A stretch of 64,000 bases of DNA from Candidatus Latescibacterota bacterium (lineage in GTDB: Bacteria > Latescibacterota > UBA2968 > UBA8231): positions 4,416,001-4,480,000 of the forward strand of contig OZ242005.1 of NCBI GenBank assembly GCA_965204725.1, given 5' to 3'. The notes below the pieces were generated by a model, which did not search any database, was not told the origin of the DNA, and saw nothing but the letters and a program-made list of their open reading frames with translations. The translations under genes and the position numbers were made by a program. Positions 29,156 through 40,400 of this stretch are shown piece by piece (within the stretch, counting starts at the first letter, position 1; each line of letters begins with the position of its first letter).

Positions 29156-32100
29156 ATGACTTCAATAAAGCTTTATTCCTACGGCTTTTGGTTACTATCT
29201 GTTAGCTTGGCATTGGGGTGGGCTGGCTCGGCGGCAGCGGATATTACTCTATCGGTAGATACGCCTAAGATACGCGAGGAGGGCGGTAAGAGGACGATCA
29301 CGGTGACCGCGGCAAACGTGAACGCTAGCGGGGCCAAGACGGAAGCGGCCGCGAATACGGCTGTGGCCTTGGTGCTCGGCACAACTCCTGCCCCCATTCC
29401 CGGCACCGGCCTTTTTGATCCGGTGAATGGTCGTCTTTTGCGTGGGGGTCAATTCCAATTCCCGAGGTTGGCACACCCTTGGTACTACCCATATGAGAAT
29501 TCGATTAAGCCGAGGGGTGATTGGAAAGACTGGTACGACAGTCGCGCTCATGTCAATGACCGCTTCGCCATCACGCTGCCGACGATCGTGATTCCCAAGG
29601 GTAAGAAAGAGGCGACCGGGACGATCACCCTCACGCCCAAGGATAACGACATCCGCGGTTTTTATAACACTTATGATGAGTTCACCATTCCTTTTGACCT
29701 TGACGATGACTACCCCAAACGCTATCCCGATCTGGTCATCAAAATTAAGGGCCTTGCCGGTAGCACAAACGTTGATTCGACGGATATTCAAGTCATTGAC
29801 GACGAAAAGCTAAGCAGTCGGTTAGACCTTTCGTTTTCTCCGGCGAGTCTCAGCAAGGACGCGGGGCCGACTCCCGTTACCGTGACCGCCGCCTTGAACG
29901 GCGGGACTCTCCAGTCAGATCAAACCTTTACCTTAGTTTTTGCCAATACCACTAGTCTTAATGCCAATGATTACCCTAGTGGTATTACTTCGTCCGATGT
30001 GCTGGTGCGCGATACGGATTACTCGGCGACGTCGGCGTCTCTAACCTTGCGCCGGGGTAGGGCGTCTGCGAAGGCGACGATTACCATTGATCCCAAAGGC
30101 AAGGCTGGCCGCATCGCGCTCAAGAGTGCGAGCAGGAAGATCCTCAAAGGCATTGACTTGAACCTCGATGGGGATAAAGCAGACACGCTGCCTCTTTATA
30201 GGAGCTTCTTCGGGGCGGGGGCGGGGAGAATTATCTTCTTAGAACAAGGTCTAGGCTGCAAACCCTCGTGGGACAACGCCTACGACCCCAATGCCAATCC
30301 CCCCAACCCCCCCAACTATCCCCCCCTTTCCCAACACGATGTCAACTTTGATGGGGAGTGCTTAGGCATTATTAGGGAAGCAAGAGTCGGCGTTGACCTA
30401 AACGGTGATGGGGAGATTAGCCAACCGGCTAACGATGGCGCTATTCCTGCTATTGAAGCTCAAGCTTTTCGTCTATGGCCATCCGAAAACGCGATATTGG
30501 CTGCAAATAGAGAGTTCGTCGTGGATAGGGGTCAGCATTATCAGCCGACGAATAGCAGGTTTGCGTTGCTTGAAAGCAAATTGCCGCAGTATGTTACGAT
30601 TCCCCCCCATTTCTTTGAGATAACGACCACCCCCATTGTCGATCTCAAAAACGAGAACGACGGGCTGACCGCGACGCCGGCGACGGTGCGCGAGGGGGCC
30701 GGGCGGCAAGAAATCATCCTGAGAGTCACCTTGAAGAGTGCCCTAACCGAGGATGCGCGGGTGTCGTTCACCATCAATCCGCAAGAGGGGCGGCGCGACA
30801 TAGACTACACGATCGCCTTGAGCGATCTCGTCATTCCGAAAGGCCAGACCTCGGCTTCGACGACGCTGGTTCTGACCCCGGTCGATAACTCAGCGGTGAA
30901 TGACGCGCGGACTTTCGAGGTGGTCGCCACGGTCGGCTCGGGCGCAACAGAGGCCAGCGAGACGATTACCATTGTAGATGACGAGACGCTGACCTCTCAG
31001 ATCACGCTGACGGCGAGTCCGAATGAACTCAATGCGGGCACGGGGGCGAGTGAGGTTACGGTGCGCGGCACCTTAGACGGCCAAGCCTTCGACGAGGACG
31101 TGAACGTGGTCTTGGTCGTCACGACCGATACGGACGACGATGGCGACATGGACGACGACGATAAAGCCGCCACCCGCGACACCGAATACACGGCGATTCT
31201 GCGCTCGCTGACGATCCCGGCCGGTGAGATCATCGGCTCGCAGACGATCTCCATCACTCCCCTCGCTGGCGGCGATAAAAAGATCGGCCTGACCGCGCTG
31301 AAAAGCCCGGTCAAGAATGATGACGACGAAGACGTGACGGTCACCACGACGGTGGTCACGCTGAGAGATGGGGACGCGACGCCGACGGCCCCGGGTGATC
31401 TTGCTTTCGAGGACGATATAGATGTGGTATCCACGGTGTTTGAGTACGCGGTCGGCACGGCCATTGAGCCGTTTGTCCTGCCAGCGGCCACCGGCGGGAT
31501 TGGCGACAAGACGTATAGCGTGTCGGCGACGCTGCCAGCGGGTCTGGCATTTGACGCGACCACGCGGACGCTATCGGGGACGCCGCTGACCACTGGCACC
31601 GCCACCGTCATCTACACGGTCATCGACAGCGCCCCGGACGAAGTCAACACCGCGGTCCTCAGCCTGACCTTTGAGATCGGTACGGCCCCGCCCGCCACCG
31701 TGCGCGTCGCCAGCGTGACCACGACGCATTCCTCGGTGCGCGAGAACGGCGAGACGACCTCCATTCTCCTGATGGCGACGTTAGCCGCTCCTTCAGCCAA
31801 GGCCGAGACCGTCCTGTTCACGATTGCCGCCCCCAGTTCAGGGACGCCGGCCGTGCGCGATGCCGATTACACCGCAGCACTGGGCAGCTCGGTCGTCATT
31901 GCGGCTGGCGAGCTTCAAGGACGGACGACGCTGACCCTGACCCCCATCGACAACGCAGAGGTCGATGGCAATCGGTACTTGGGGGTAGAGGCGTCGGCTT
32001 CGGGCGGCTCGGCGCGGACGGACATCAAGATCGCCGATGACGAAACCCCGAGTACGTCCCTGTCGCTGTCAGTGTCGCCGCACACCCTCAGCGAGGACGC

Positions 32101-33298
32101 GGTCGTGACTCAGCTTACCGTAACGGCGACGTTGGACGGCAAGGTGCTGGACGCTGACGCGACCGTAGCCATTTCCATTGATCCGGCGTCGTCCGCCACC
32201 CGCGATTTGGATTATTCGGCGTTGTTCAATCCCTCGCTGGTCATTCCGGCCGGTTCGACCTCCGGTTCGCTGACCCTGCTGATCGACCCGACCGCCGACC
32301 GCGAGGACGAAGGCAACGAGACGATCACGCTCAACGGGTCATCTCCGGGCTTGACTGGCGGTTCGGTCGATATAACGATAACGCAGGTTGACGCCAGCAC
32401 CGTCACGCCTCCCCCGGAAGCGACGCCTCTGGCCTTTGCCGACGGCACTTCGGTTGGCGACCAAGAGTACACCGCGGGCACGGCGATCAGTGATATAGAA
32501 CTGCCAGCGGCGGCTGGCGGAGCCGGCGACATTGCGTATAGCGTGTCGGGCCTGCCAGCGGGCTTGTCGTTTGACGCGGCCACCCGCACCATTTCCGGCA
32601 CACCCGACGCCGCCACCGACGAGGCGGTCGAAATCACCTACACAGCCGCCGACGGAGCAGGTGCCACCGCATCGTTGATCTTTTCCATCACAGTCAACAT
32701 GTCGCTGACGTTTGGCGACTTCTTCAGCCAGTTCCTCGGCGCGGGCAAGGTCGTTCCCACCTCGTCCTCCGACGGGGCTGCCATCCGCGAATTCGTCGTA
32801 GGCCAGCCGGTAGATGCTTTCGCGCTGCCCGCAGGCACCGGCGGCACCGAGCCGCTGACGTACGCCCTTTCGCCAGAGTTACCGGCGGGTCTGTCGTTTG
32901 ACGCGGCCACGCGGACGATTTCGGGTACGCCGCAGGCCGAAGGCGCGCCCGTCTATACCTACACGGTTACAGACGCCCTCGGCGCGAGCGTAGCGATGCT
33001 GCTTCACACGCGCCCGGCCGCATTCTCGCTGGCGAGCAACTATCCGAACCCGTTCAACCCGGCGACGACGATTCGGTATGCGCTGCCGCAGGCGGCGGAT
33101 GTGCGGTTGACCGTGTATAACGTCGTCGGTCAGGTCGTGCGGACATTGGTGGCCGAGCACCAGAGTGCCGGACGCTACCTAGTCGCATGGGACGCGACGA
33201 ATGACAACGGCCATAGCTTGTCGGCGGGAATCTATTTCTACCGCCTACAAGCGGGCGGCGAGTTCCACGCCGTCAAAAAGATGCTGCTGCTCAAGTAA
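29156..33298 (+). CDS. Large secreted adhesin-like protein with Calx-beta-like and putative Ig repeats and a FlgD-Ig/T9SS-CTD-like tail
   Basis: Signal peptide; repeated vRE...RDxDY...IPaG...IxDDE modules; GLPAGLxFD repeats; NYPNPFNP tail. Confidence 0.82.
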   Translation: MTSIKLYSYGFWLLSVSLALGWAGSAAADITLSVDTPKIREEGGKRTITVTAANVNASGAKTEAAANTAVALVLGTTPAPIPGTGLFDPVNGRLLRGGQFQFPRLAHPWYYPYENSIKPRGDWKDWYDSRAHVNDRFAITLPTIVIPKGKKEATGTITLTPKDNDIRGFYNTYDEFTIPFDLDDDYPKRYPDLVIKIKGLAGSTNVDSTDIQVIDDEKLSSRLDLSFSPASLSKDAGPTPVTVTAALNGGTLQSDQTFTLVFANTTSLNANDYPSGITSSDVLVRDTDYSATSASLTLRRGRASAKATITIDPKGKAGRIALKSASRKILKGIDLNLDGDKADTLPLYRSFFGAGAGRIIFLEQGLGCKPSWDNAYDPNANPPNPPNYPPLSQHDVNFDGECLGIIREARVGVDLNGDGEISQPANDGAIPAIEAQAFRLWPSENAILAANREFVVDRGQHYQPTNSRFALLESKLPQYVTIPPHFFEITTTPIVDLKNENDGLTATPATVREGAGRQEIILRVTLKSALTEDARVSFTINPQEGRRDIDYTIALSDLVIPKGQTSASTTLVLTPVDNSAVNDARTFEVVATVGSGATEASETITIVDDETLTSQITLTASPNELNAGTGASEVTVRGTLDGQAFDEDVNVVLVVTTDTDDDGDMDDDDKAATRDTEYTAILRSLTIPAGEIIGSQTISITPLAGGDKKIGLTALKSPVKNDDDEDVTVTTTVVTLRDGDATPTAPGDLAFEDDIDVVSTVFEYAVGTAIEPFVLPAATGGIGDKTYSVSATLPAGLAFDATTRTLSGTPLTTGTATVIYTVIDSAPDEVNTAVLSLTFEIGTAPPATVRVASVTTTHSSVRENGETTSILLMATLAAPSAKAETVLFTIAAPSSGTPAVRDADYTAALGSSVVIAAGELQGRTTLTLTPIDNAEVDGNRYLGVEASASGGSARTDIKIADDETPSTSLSLSVSPHTLSEDAVVTQLTVTATLDGKVLDADATVAISIDPASSATRDLDYSALFNPSLVIPAGSTSGSLTLLIDPTADREDEGNETITLNGSSPGLTGGSVDITITQVDASTVTPPPEATPLAFADGTSVGDQEYTAGTAISDIELPAAAGGAGDIAYSVSGLPAGLSFDAATRTISGTPDAATDEAVEITYTAADGAGATASLIFSITVNMSLTFGDFFSQFLGAGKVVPTSSSDGAAIREFVVGQPVDAFALPAGTGGTEPLTYALSPELPAGLSFDAATRTISGTPQAEGAPVYTYTVTDALGASVAMLLHTRPAAFSLASNYPNPFNPATTIRYALPQAADVRLTVYNVVGQVVRTLVAEHQSAGRYLVAWDATNDNGHSLSAGIYFYRLQAGGEFHAVKKMLLLK

Positions 33299-33321
33299 GC
33301 AAGCATCGACCGCGAGTTCGT

Positions 33322-33356
33322 AAAATGGGGCCTCAGTTTGCGGGAGGCCCTATTTT
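33322..33356 (+). terminator. Hairpin after adhesin gene 2
   Basis: AAAATGGGGCCTC-loop-GAGGCCCTATTTT. Confidence 0.55.
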
Positions 33357-33391
33357 AGTAAGAGGCCCTAACAAAACTTCAAGGGGGTTGA

Positions 33392-36300
33392 ATGATGATA
33401 CACACAAAGTTGTCGATACGGCTGGCTTACGTGCCTTGGCTGCTGGCCGCTGGTTTGGTATTGGGATGGAGCGAGAAGGCTGTGGCTGCTACGAGCTCTA
33501 CGAGCGGCCATAGCTCTGCGACGAATCATCCCCATGCCACCAATCCCAATTTGGTTTTGACTTATGACCTGCTCAGGTCGGGTTCAAACCATTCGATTAC
33601 TGTGAGCTGGAGTACGTCGAACTCGAGGAATTTCAGCACGGGTAATGGGACCGCTGCCACTATGTACGCGGTGAGCTTATACAGCGGCGAGATCGATTCT
33701 GATCTTACTAGCCCGACTGATACTCGAGTAGGTAGCGAACAGTCGTATTCCGGTGCCACCATCGGTACGCGGACCTATTCCTTTACGGACGCCGCGATTA
33801 AGTATGAGGGGGAGGAAGTAGGGGCTACGGGTAAGTACTGGGTCAGGATGGCGGTGACGGTGACCAGCACAGACCAAGGTCATACTTCGGGCGTTGTTGA
33901 GTATTTTGCCAAGCAGGTAACGGTGCGGGCGGACTATATCCTGTCGGTCAATCCCAACAGTGTGCGCGAGGACGCCCGTAGGACCAACGTCACTGTGAAA
34001 GTCAAAGTGGGCAATGACGTCGCAGTGGGTAGGGAGACGAATGTGAACTTGGAGTTCTCTACTCCCGCTGGTAAACTCGGGCTCAACGACCGCTTCTACA
34101 TAACGCTGCCCACGCTCATTATTCCCAAGGGCCAGAAAGAGGCAACCGCGACCATCGTCTTTACCCCGATTAACGAAGACACCCAAAACGAGGATCTCGC
34201 GGTCACCATCTCGGGTAGGGCCACCTCTCAGGAGGCCGTCAAGCCGACGACGATTACGCTGGTTGACACCGACAAGCAAAGCAATGCGATCAATCTTTCG
34301 TTTTCGGATGCCGATCTAAGCAAGCGGGATGGGACAGTCAATATCGTCGTGACGGCCACGCTGAATGGAAAAACGCAGAGAAAAGACCTGACTTTTTCCT
34401 TGGTTATTGATGAAACAAGAAGTGAAGCAGCGGGCTTGGAACGCGATGTGGACTACACGGCGGTACTGTCCCGGATAACCATTCCAGACCGCAAAGTGTC
34501 GGGGAGGGCGACGATTTCCATCCGCCCCAAGAACGCCGGAACCGGCATGATCTGGCTGAAGGCTCCTGCCAACGCCAACCTGACGAATGACGACGACAAT
34601 CCCGTAACCGTGAATCCCAACTCCATCGAGATAACGGGCGATCCGGCTGGGTCGATTACCGGGCTGACAGCGGCCCCGTTCTCAATCCGCGAGGACGCTG
34701 GCGCGCGGGTGATCACCCTGAAGGTTTCCTTGGAGAACGCCTTGCTGACGGACGAGAGGGTCCAGTTCACCATCACGGACGACAGCGACGATCTGGGGGA
34801 GGCTTTTGAAGGCGCAGTAGATGCCGAGCGCGATGTGGATTACTCGGCGGAGGTGCAGGCGCTCACCATTCCCAAGGGCCAGAAAGAAGGGACGACGACG
34901 ATCATCGTCACCCCCATCAACAACAAAGACGATGACCCGCCGCGAGCCTTTAAGGTGAATGCGAGGGTTGGCACCAACGCATCCTTCGTCACGGGAATCC
35001 TGATTACCGACGACGACACGACGAGCGATTCGATCACCCTAGAGGTGACTCCGGCCGAGATAAACGAGGACGCCGGTGCGACCACGGTTACGGTGACCGG
35101 CACCTTAAACGGAAAGGTGTTCAGCGATAACGTGGTCGTCGCCTTGGTCATTAACAACGACGTGAATGACGATGGCGAGGTAAACGACGATGACAAGGCG
35201 GCGACGCGCGATGCAGACTACACAGCCGTCCTGCGCCCGTTGGTGATTCAGGGCGGCTCGGTGTCGGGGACGACGACGATCACCATTACCCCCACTGCCA
35301 ACGACGGGGAGGAAGACGACGAGAAGTTCCGCATAGCGACCCTAACTTCTACCCTGCCCAGAGCAAGAGACGAGGATGGGGACCTGCGAGAGCTGGAGGT
35401 CACCCCAGCGACGATAACCCTGAAAGACATCGAGGATTCAGACACGCCGACAACGACGCCGGACCCGAGGGTCCCTTCCTTCGCCAGTGCCGATGCGATT
35501 GACGACCAAGTGTACACGGTTGGGACCGCGATTACCCCGCTCGTCCTGCCGGAAGCTACGAGCGGCGATGGCACCCTGCTGTACAGCGTCTCCACCCTGC
35601 CGGCCGGCTTGGCGTTTAACGGTTCCACGCGGACGCTTTCGGGTACGCCGACTGCGGCCGGAACTTCTACCATCATTTACACGGTGATCGACCGCGACAG
35701 TGACGCGGCCGCGCTGACCTTCTCCGTCACGATCAACGCGGCTGATCCGGGGACGACGACGCCACCACCACCGGCTGCCGACACTGGGCTGACGGCGAGT
35801 CCGTCGTCCATCCGCGAGGACGCGGTCGCGACCGAAGTCTTTCTGACCGCGACCTTGCCGGCTCCCAAAGCCACGGCCGAGAGCGTGACGTTCACGATTG
35901 TCGGTCCGAGTGGGGGTCCGCCGGCCGTGCGCGATTTGGACTACACCGCGATACTCGGAAAGATCGTTATCATTCCGGCGGGTGCGACCGTTGGGACGAC
36001 GTCATTCACCCTCACCCCTATTGACAACTCCAAGGTGGATGGTGCGAGATCGTTGGGCGTGCAGGCTGCGTTCTCATCCGGTGGGAGGCTGGTGACGAAC
36101 ATTGAGATTGCCGACGACGAAACCCTGAGTACGTCCATCTCGCTGTCGGTGGATCCGCGCACGATAAGCGAGGAAGGCGGTGAGGTCTCTGTTACGGTGA
36201 CCGCGACGTTGGACGGGAGGGCGTTGCTAGCAGACGCCACCGTGCGCTTGACCATTGATGCCGCCTCGACCGCGCTGCGCGATGAGGACTACGCCGCGCT

Positions 36301-37399
36301 GTTCAATCCGCGGCTGATAATCCCGGTCGGTTCGATAACCGGGTCAACGCCGTTTGTGGTCCGCCCCATTGACGACACGGTAGCGGAGGGCAACGAGACC
36401 ATCAAGCTGACTGGTGAGATTGCAGGTCTGGCCGGGGACGCGGTCGAGATCATCCTGAGCGACCGAGGAACGGAACAGCCACCGCAGGAGCCGGAGCCAG
36501 AGGAGCCGGAGGAGCCGGCCCTTGGCTTTGCCGCCGACACGGTGATCGCGGACCAAGGGTACACCGCTGGCACGGAGATTCCCGCTCTCGTACTGCCGGC
36601 CGCTGTGGGCGGCACGGGCGCCTTGACGTACAGCGTCTCGGCCCTGCCGCCGGGCTTGTCGTTTGACGAGACCACGCGGACGATTACCGGCACCCCGTCG
36701 GAAGAGACCGAGGACGCGGTCCGCATCATCTACACGGTGATCGATGGCGACGGAGCCGCGGCCGCGTTGACCTTTTCCATCACGGTCAATCCCCCGCTAG
36801 GTCTTTTATCGCTTTTCGATTTGTTCAACAAGATGGGGGCCGGTAGCGGTAAGGTCATTCCGATGTCGCCCCACGCGGCTGAAATCCGCGAATTTGTCGT
36901 GGGCCAGCGCGTAGAGGGCCTTACGCTGCCGGAGGGGACCGGCGGCACCGCCCCGCTGACGTATCGCCTTGCGCCAGCTCTACCGGCGGGGTTGGCGTTT
37001 GACGCGGCCACGCGGACGATTGCCGGGACGCCGCTGGTCGCGGGCGCACCCGTCTATACGTACACGGTTACGGACGCCAACGGCGCGAGCGCGTCGCTGG
37101 CCTTGCAAACGCTGCCGGTCGAATTCGCGCTGGCAGACAACTTTCCGAACCCGTTCAACCCAGCGACGACGATCCAATACGCGCTGCCGCAAGCGGCCGA
37201 TGTGGCACTGATCGTGTACAACGTCGTCGGTCAGCCCGTGCGCACGCTCGTCGCCGAGCACCAAGGCGCCGGGCGGTATGTCGTGGAGTGGGACGCAACC
37301 GACGATGGCGGGCACCGCTTGTCGTCGGGCATGTATTTCTACCGCTTACAGGCGGGCGACGAGTTCCGCGAGGTCAAGAAAATGCTGCTGCTCAAGTAG
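33392..37399 (+). CDS. Large secreted adhesin-like paralog (Calx-beta-like/Ig repeats, FlgD-Ig/T9SS-CTD-like tail)
   Basis: Same module architecture as its neighbours; contains the 34-nt target of the 58111-58144 spacer. Confidence 0.82.
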   Translation: MMIHTKLSIRLAYVPWLLAAGLVLGWSEKAVAATSSTSGHSSATNHPHATNPNLVLTYDLLRSGSNHSITVSWSTSNSRNFSTGNGTAATMYAVSLYSGEIDSDLTSPTDTRVGSEQSYSGATIGTRTYSFTDAAIKYEGEEVGATGKYWVRMAVTVTSTDQGHTSGVVEYFAKQVTVRADYILSVNPNSVREDARRTNVTVKVKVGNDVAVGRETNVNLEFSTPAGKLGLNDRFYITLPTLIIPKGQKEATATIVFTPINEDTQNEDLAVTISGRATSQEAVKPTTITLVDTDKQSNAINLSFSDADLSKRDGTVNIVVTATLNGKTQRKDLTFSLVIDETRSEAAGLERDVDYTAVLSRITIPDRKVSGRATISIRPKNAGTGMIWLKAPANANLTNDDDNPVTVNPNSIEITGDPAGSITGLTAAPFSIREDAGARVITLKVSLENALLTDERVQFTITDDSDDLGEAFEGAVDAERDVDYSAEVQALTIPKGQKEGTTTIIVTPINNKDDDPPRAFKVNARVGTNASFVTGILITDDDTTSDSITLEVTPAEINEDAGATTVTVTGTLNGKVFSDNVVVALVINNDVNDDGEVNDDDKAATRDADYTAVLRPLVIQGGSVSGTTTITITPTANDGEEDDEKFRIATLTSTLPRARDEDGDLRELEVTPATITLKDIEDSDTPTTTPDPRVPSFASADAIDDQVYTVGTAITPLVLPEATSGDGTLLYSVSTLPAGLAFNGSTRTLSGTPTAAGTSTIIYTVIDRDSDAAALTFSVTINAADPGTTTPPPPAADTGLTASPSSIREDAVATEVFLTATLPAPKATAESVTFTIVGPSGGPPAVRDLDYTAILGKIVIIPAGATVGTTSFTLTPIDNSKVDGARSLGVQAAFSSGGRLVTNIEIADDETLSTSISLSVDPRTISEEGGEVSVTVTATLDGRALLADATVRLTIDAASTALRDEDYAALFNPRLIIPVGSITGSTPFVVRPIDDTVAEGNETIKLTGEIAGLAGDAVEIILSDRGTEQPPQEPEPEEPEEPALGFAADTVIADQGYTAGTEIPALVLPAAVGGTGALTYSVSALPPGLSFDETTRTITGTPSEETEDAVRIIYTVIDGDGAAAALTFSITVNPPLGLLSLFDLFNKMGAGSGKVIPMSPHAAEIREFVVGQRVEGLTLPEGTGGTAPLTYRLAPALPAGLAFDAATRTIAGTPLVAGAPVYTYTVTDANGASASLALQTLPVEFALADNFPNPFNPATTIQYALPQAADVALIVYNVVGQPVRTLVAEHQGAGRYVVEWDATDDGGHRLSSGMYFYRLQAGDEFREVKKMLLLK

Positions 37400-37420
37400 C
37401 AAGTGCAGCACTGCGTTTGC

Positions 37421-37459
37421 GAAATAGGGCCTCAAACTTCGCTCTTGAGGCCCTATTTC
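37421..37459 (+). terminator. Hairpin after adhesin gene 3
   Basis: GAAATAGGGCCTCAA-loop-TTGAGGCCCTATTTC followed by CTTTT. Confidence 0.6.
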
Positions 37460-37499
37460 CTTTTACAACTACTCTTAAATCAGGGAGGGAGGTTGAGCA

Positions 37500-40400
37500 A
37501 TGACACAGAGAAAGCGGTTGGTGTGGCGTCTGTTTTACGCGCCTTGGCTCTTGGCCGCTGGTTTGGCGTTGGGGTGGGCCGGGGAGGCTGCGGCGCAGGA
37601 CGACTACGACTATAAGCTGTCGGTCAATCCTAAGAGTGTGCGCGAGGACGCCGGGCCGACCGATATTGAGGTGACGGTCGAAGTTACGAATGATACAGCG
37701 GTGGAGGCGGATACCTATGTGCTCTTGGGGGTCTCAAACGAGGGGTTTAATATCCGCTTCCGCCTGACGTTGACCGTTCTCAGGATTCCGGCTGGCAAGA
37801 AAAAGGCCACCGGGCAACTCACCTTCATTCCCGTCGATGATGGGGTTGTCAATCAGGACCTGACCATTACGCTCAGCGGCAATGCTGGCAGCAATAGTAC
37901 GGTTGAACAGACGACGATCACGCTGATTGACGACGACAAGGATAGCCAAAACATCCATCTGTCGGCCGATATTGTCGAGTTAAACAGGTTCGATGGTCCG
38001 ACCGAGATCACTGTGACGGCCACGTTGGACGGCAAGGAGCTAAGAAGGGCGACGACTTTTGCTTTGACGATTGGCGATCATCCCGATTTGACTGCCACAC
38101 CGAGCAGCGATGCCGAGGCGACCAAGGACAATCGCGAGGCGCAACGCGACTTGGACTACACAGTGACGCTGGCGACGCTGACGATTCCGCGAAACTCGGT
38201 ATCGGGAACCGCGACGATTACCATCACCCCGAAAAACAGGTTGCCCGGCACGATCCGGGTGGAATCGCCGCGGGCAGTACGAGTTGGCGACGATGAGCTA
38301 ACGATCCACCCGGTGGATATTAAATTAAAAAAGGAGGTCGCGGCCGCGCCCAATGCCATTGTGCTTAGTCCAGAGCGGGTACGCGAGGACGCCGGGCCGA
38401 CGACGATCCAACTGAACGTCACCTTGCAGGAGCCCTTGGTCGAGGACGAAACCGTGAGTCTCGTCGTTTTGCCGGCTGGCTCGCGTTTGTCCGAGGGCGG
38501 TACTGTGACGCGCACGCCGATCCGCGATGTGCATTACACGCTGGCCTTTGGGCCGCCGCTGGTCATTCCGGCCGGTGCTGCTGAGGGGACGACGACGTTC
38601 ACTCTGACCCCGATTGACGACGACGCTGTGGTTGGGCGCGGGTCGATATACATACAGGTTGCGGTCGGCGACGTATTGACTACGAAAACGATCGCAATCG
38701 GCGACGACGACGCGAACAGCACCCAAATCGCGCTGACGGTGGACCCGACCTCGATTAGCGAAGGCGCGGGTAGGACGGAGGTTGCAGTAACCGGAACGTT
38801 GGACGGGAAGGTCCTCGACGACGCCGTGGTCGTGCTCTTGACCATCGACCCGGACCCCAAGGATGCAGACGCTGAGGGCAATGTCGTCGATGTTGCCGAG
38901 GCGACGCGCGATATAGACTACACGGCCATCCTGCGCCCCCTGACGATTCCGGCCGGCGCGGTGTCGGGGACGACGACGATCGTCATCACCCCGATTGACG
39001 ACGCGGTCGTGGATGCCAGCGAGACCATCCGGCTGGCGGTGCCGTACGCGAACAATCAAATCGCCACCCGGGGCGGGATCCAGCTCACGATCGACCCGGT
39101 GGATATAACGCTGAGAGAGGCCGGGGAGGGCGGTGCGCCGTTCTTTGCGGCGGATGCTACTATCGCGGACTGGAGCTACTCGGCTGGTACGGAGCTTGTC
39201 AGTTTGGTGCTGCCGGAGGCTACGGGCGGCGTTGGCGATCTGACGTACAGGGTGTCGGTGCTGCCGACGGGCTTGTCGTTTGACGCGGCCACGCGGACGA
39301 TTTCGGGTACGCCGACGGACGCCACCGATGGCGAGGTCACCGTTATCTACACAGCGACCGACCGCAATGGCAACGCGGCTAGGCAGACCTTCACCATCGC
39401 GATACGGGCCGCGGCCGCGACCGCGCTGGCCTTTGCCGAAGGGGCTGCGATCGCCGACCAGACGTACACCGCGGGGACAGCGATTGCCGATTTGGTGCTG
39501 CCGGAAGCGATGGGCGGGGCCGGCGACCTGAGATACCAAGTCTTGACCCTACCGGCGGGCTTGTCGTTCGACGGAGCCACGCGGACGCTGTCGGGTACGC
39601 CGACGGAAGCAACCAATTGTGCGGTCGAAGTCACCTATATGGTGACCGACCGCAACCGGGACGCGGCCGCGTTGACGTTCTCCATCACGGTCAACGCGCT
39701 TGAGCGGCCTTCGGTAGTCGCCACTGGGCTGACGGCAAAGCCGGCCATGATCCGCGAGGACGCGGCCACGACTCAAGTCTCGCTGACGGTCACCTTGGCG
39801 GCCGCGTCGGACATGGACGAGAGCGTGCGGTTCGTGCTCGTCGATCCGAGCGAGGGCCAGGCCGCCGTGCGCGATGTGGACTACAGTGCGGAACTAGAAG
39901 CCTTGGTCGTCATTCCAGCGGGCGCGACCGCGGGGACGACGACCCTGACACTCACGCCCATTGACGACGATGAGAGCGAGGGCCTGAAGGCTTTGGGGGT
40001 ACAGGCTACGCTCGTATCAACCGGCGCGACCCTAGTGACGGCCATCGAGATCCGCGACGACGAAGCCCCGAGTACGTCCATCTGGCTAGCGGCCGAGCCG
40101 AGCGTATTGAGTGAAGAGGCCGCTTTGACCACCGTTATCCTGACCGCCACGTTGGACGGGAAGGCGTTGGCCGCCGATGCGACCGTGCATTTGTCCATTG
40201 ATGAAGCGTCAACCGCGACGCGCGATTTGGACTACGCCGCGTTGTTTACGCCGACAATCGAGATTCCGGCCGGGTCAATAACCGGGACGCTGCGGTTTTA
40301 CATCGACCCGGTCGCCGACGGTTTGGCCGAGGGCGACGAGTTCATCCGGCTGATCGGTGCGATTGACGGGCTGGCTGGGGACGAGATAGAAATCGTTCTG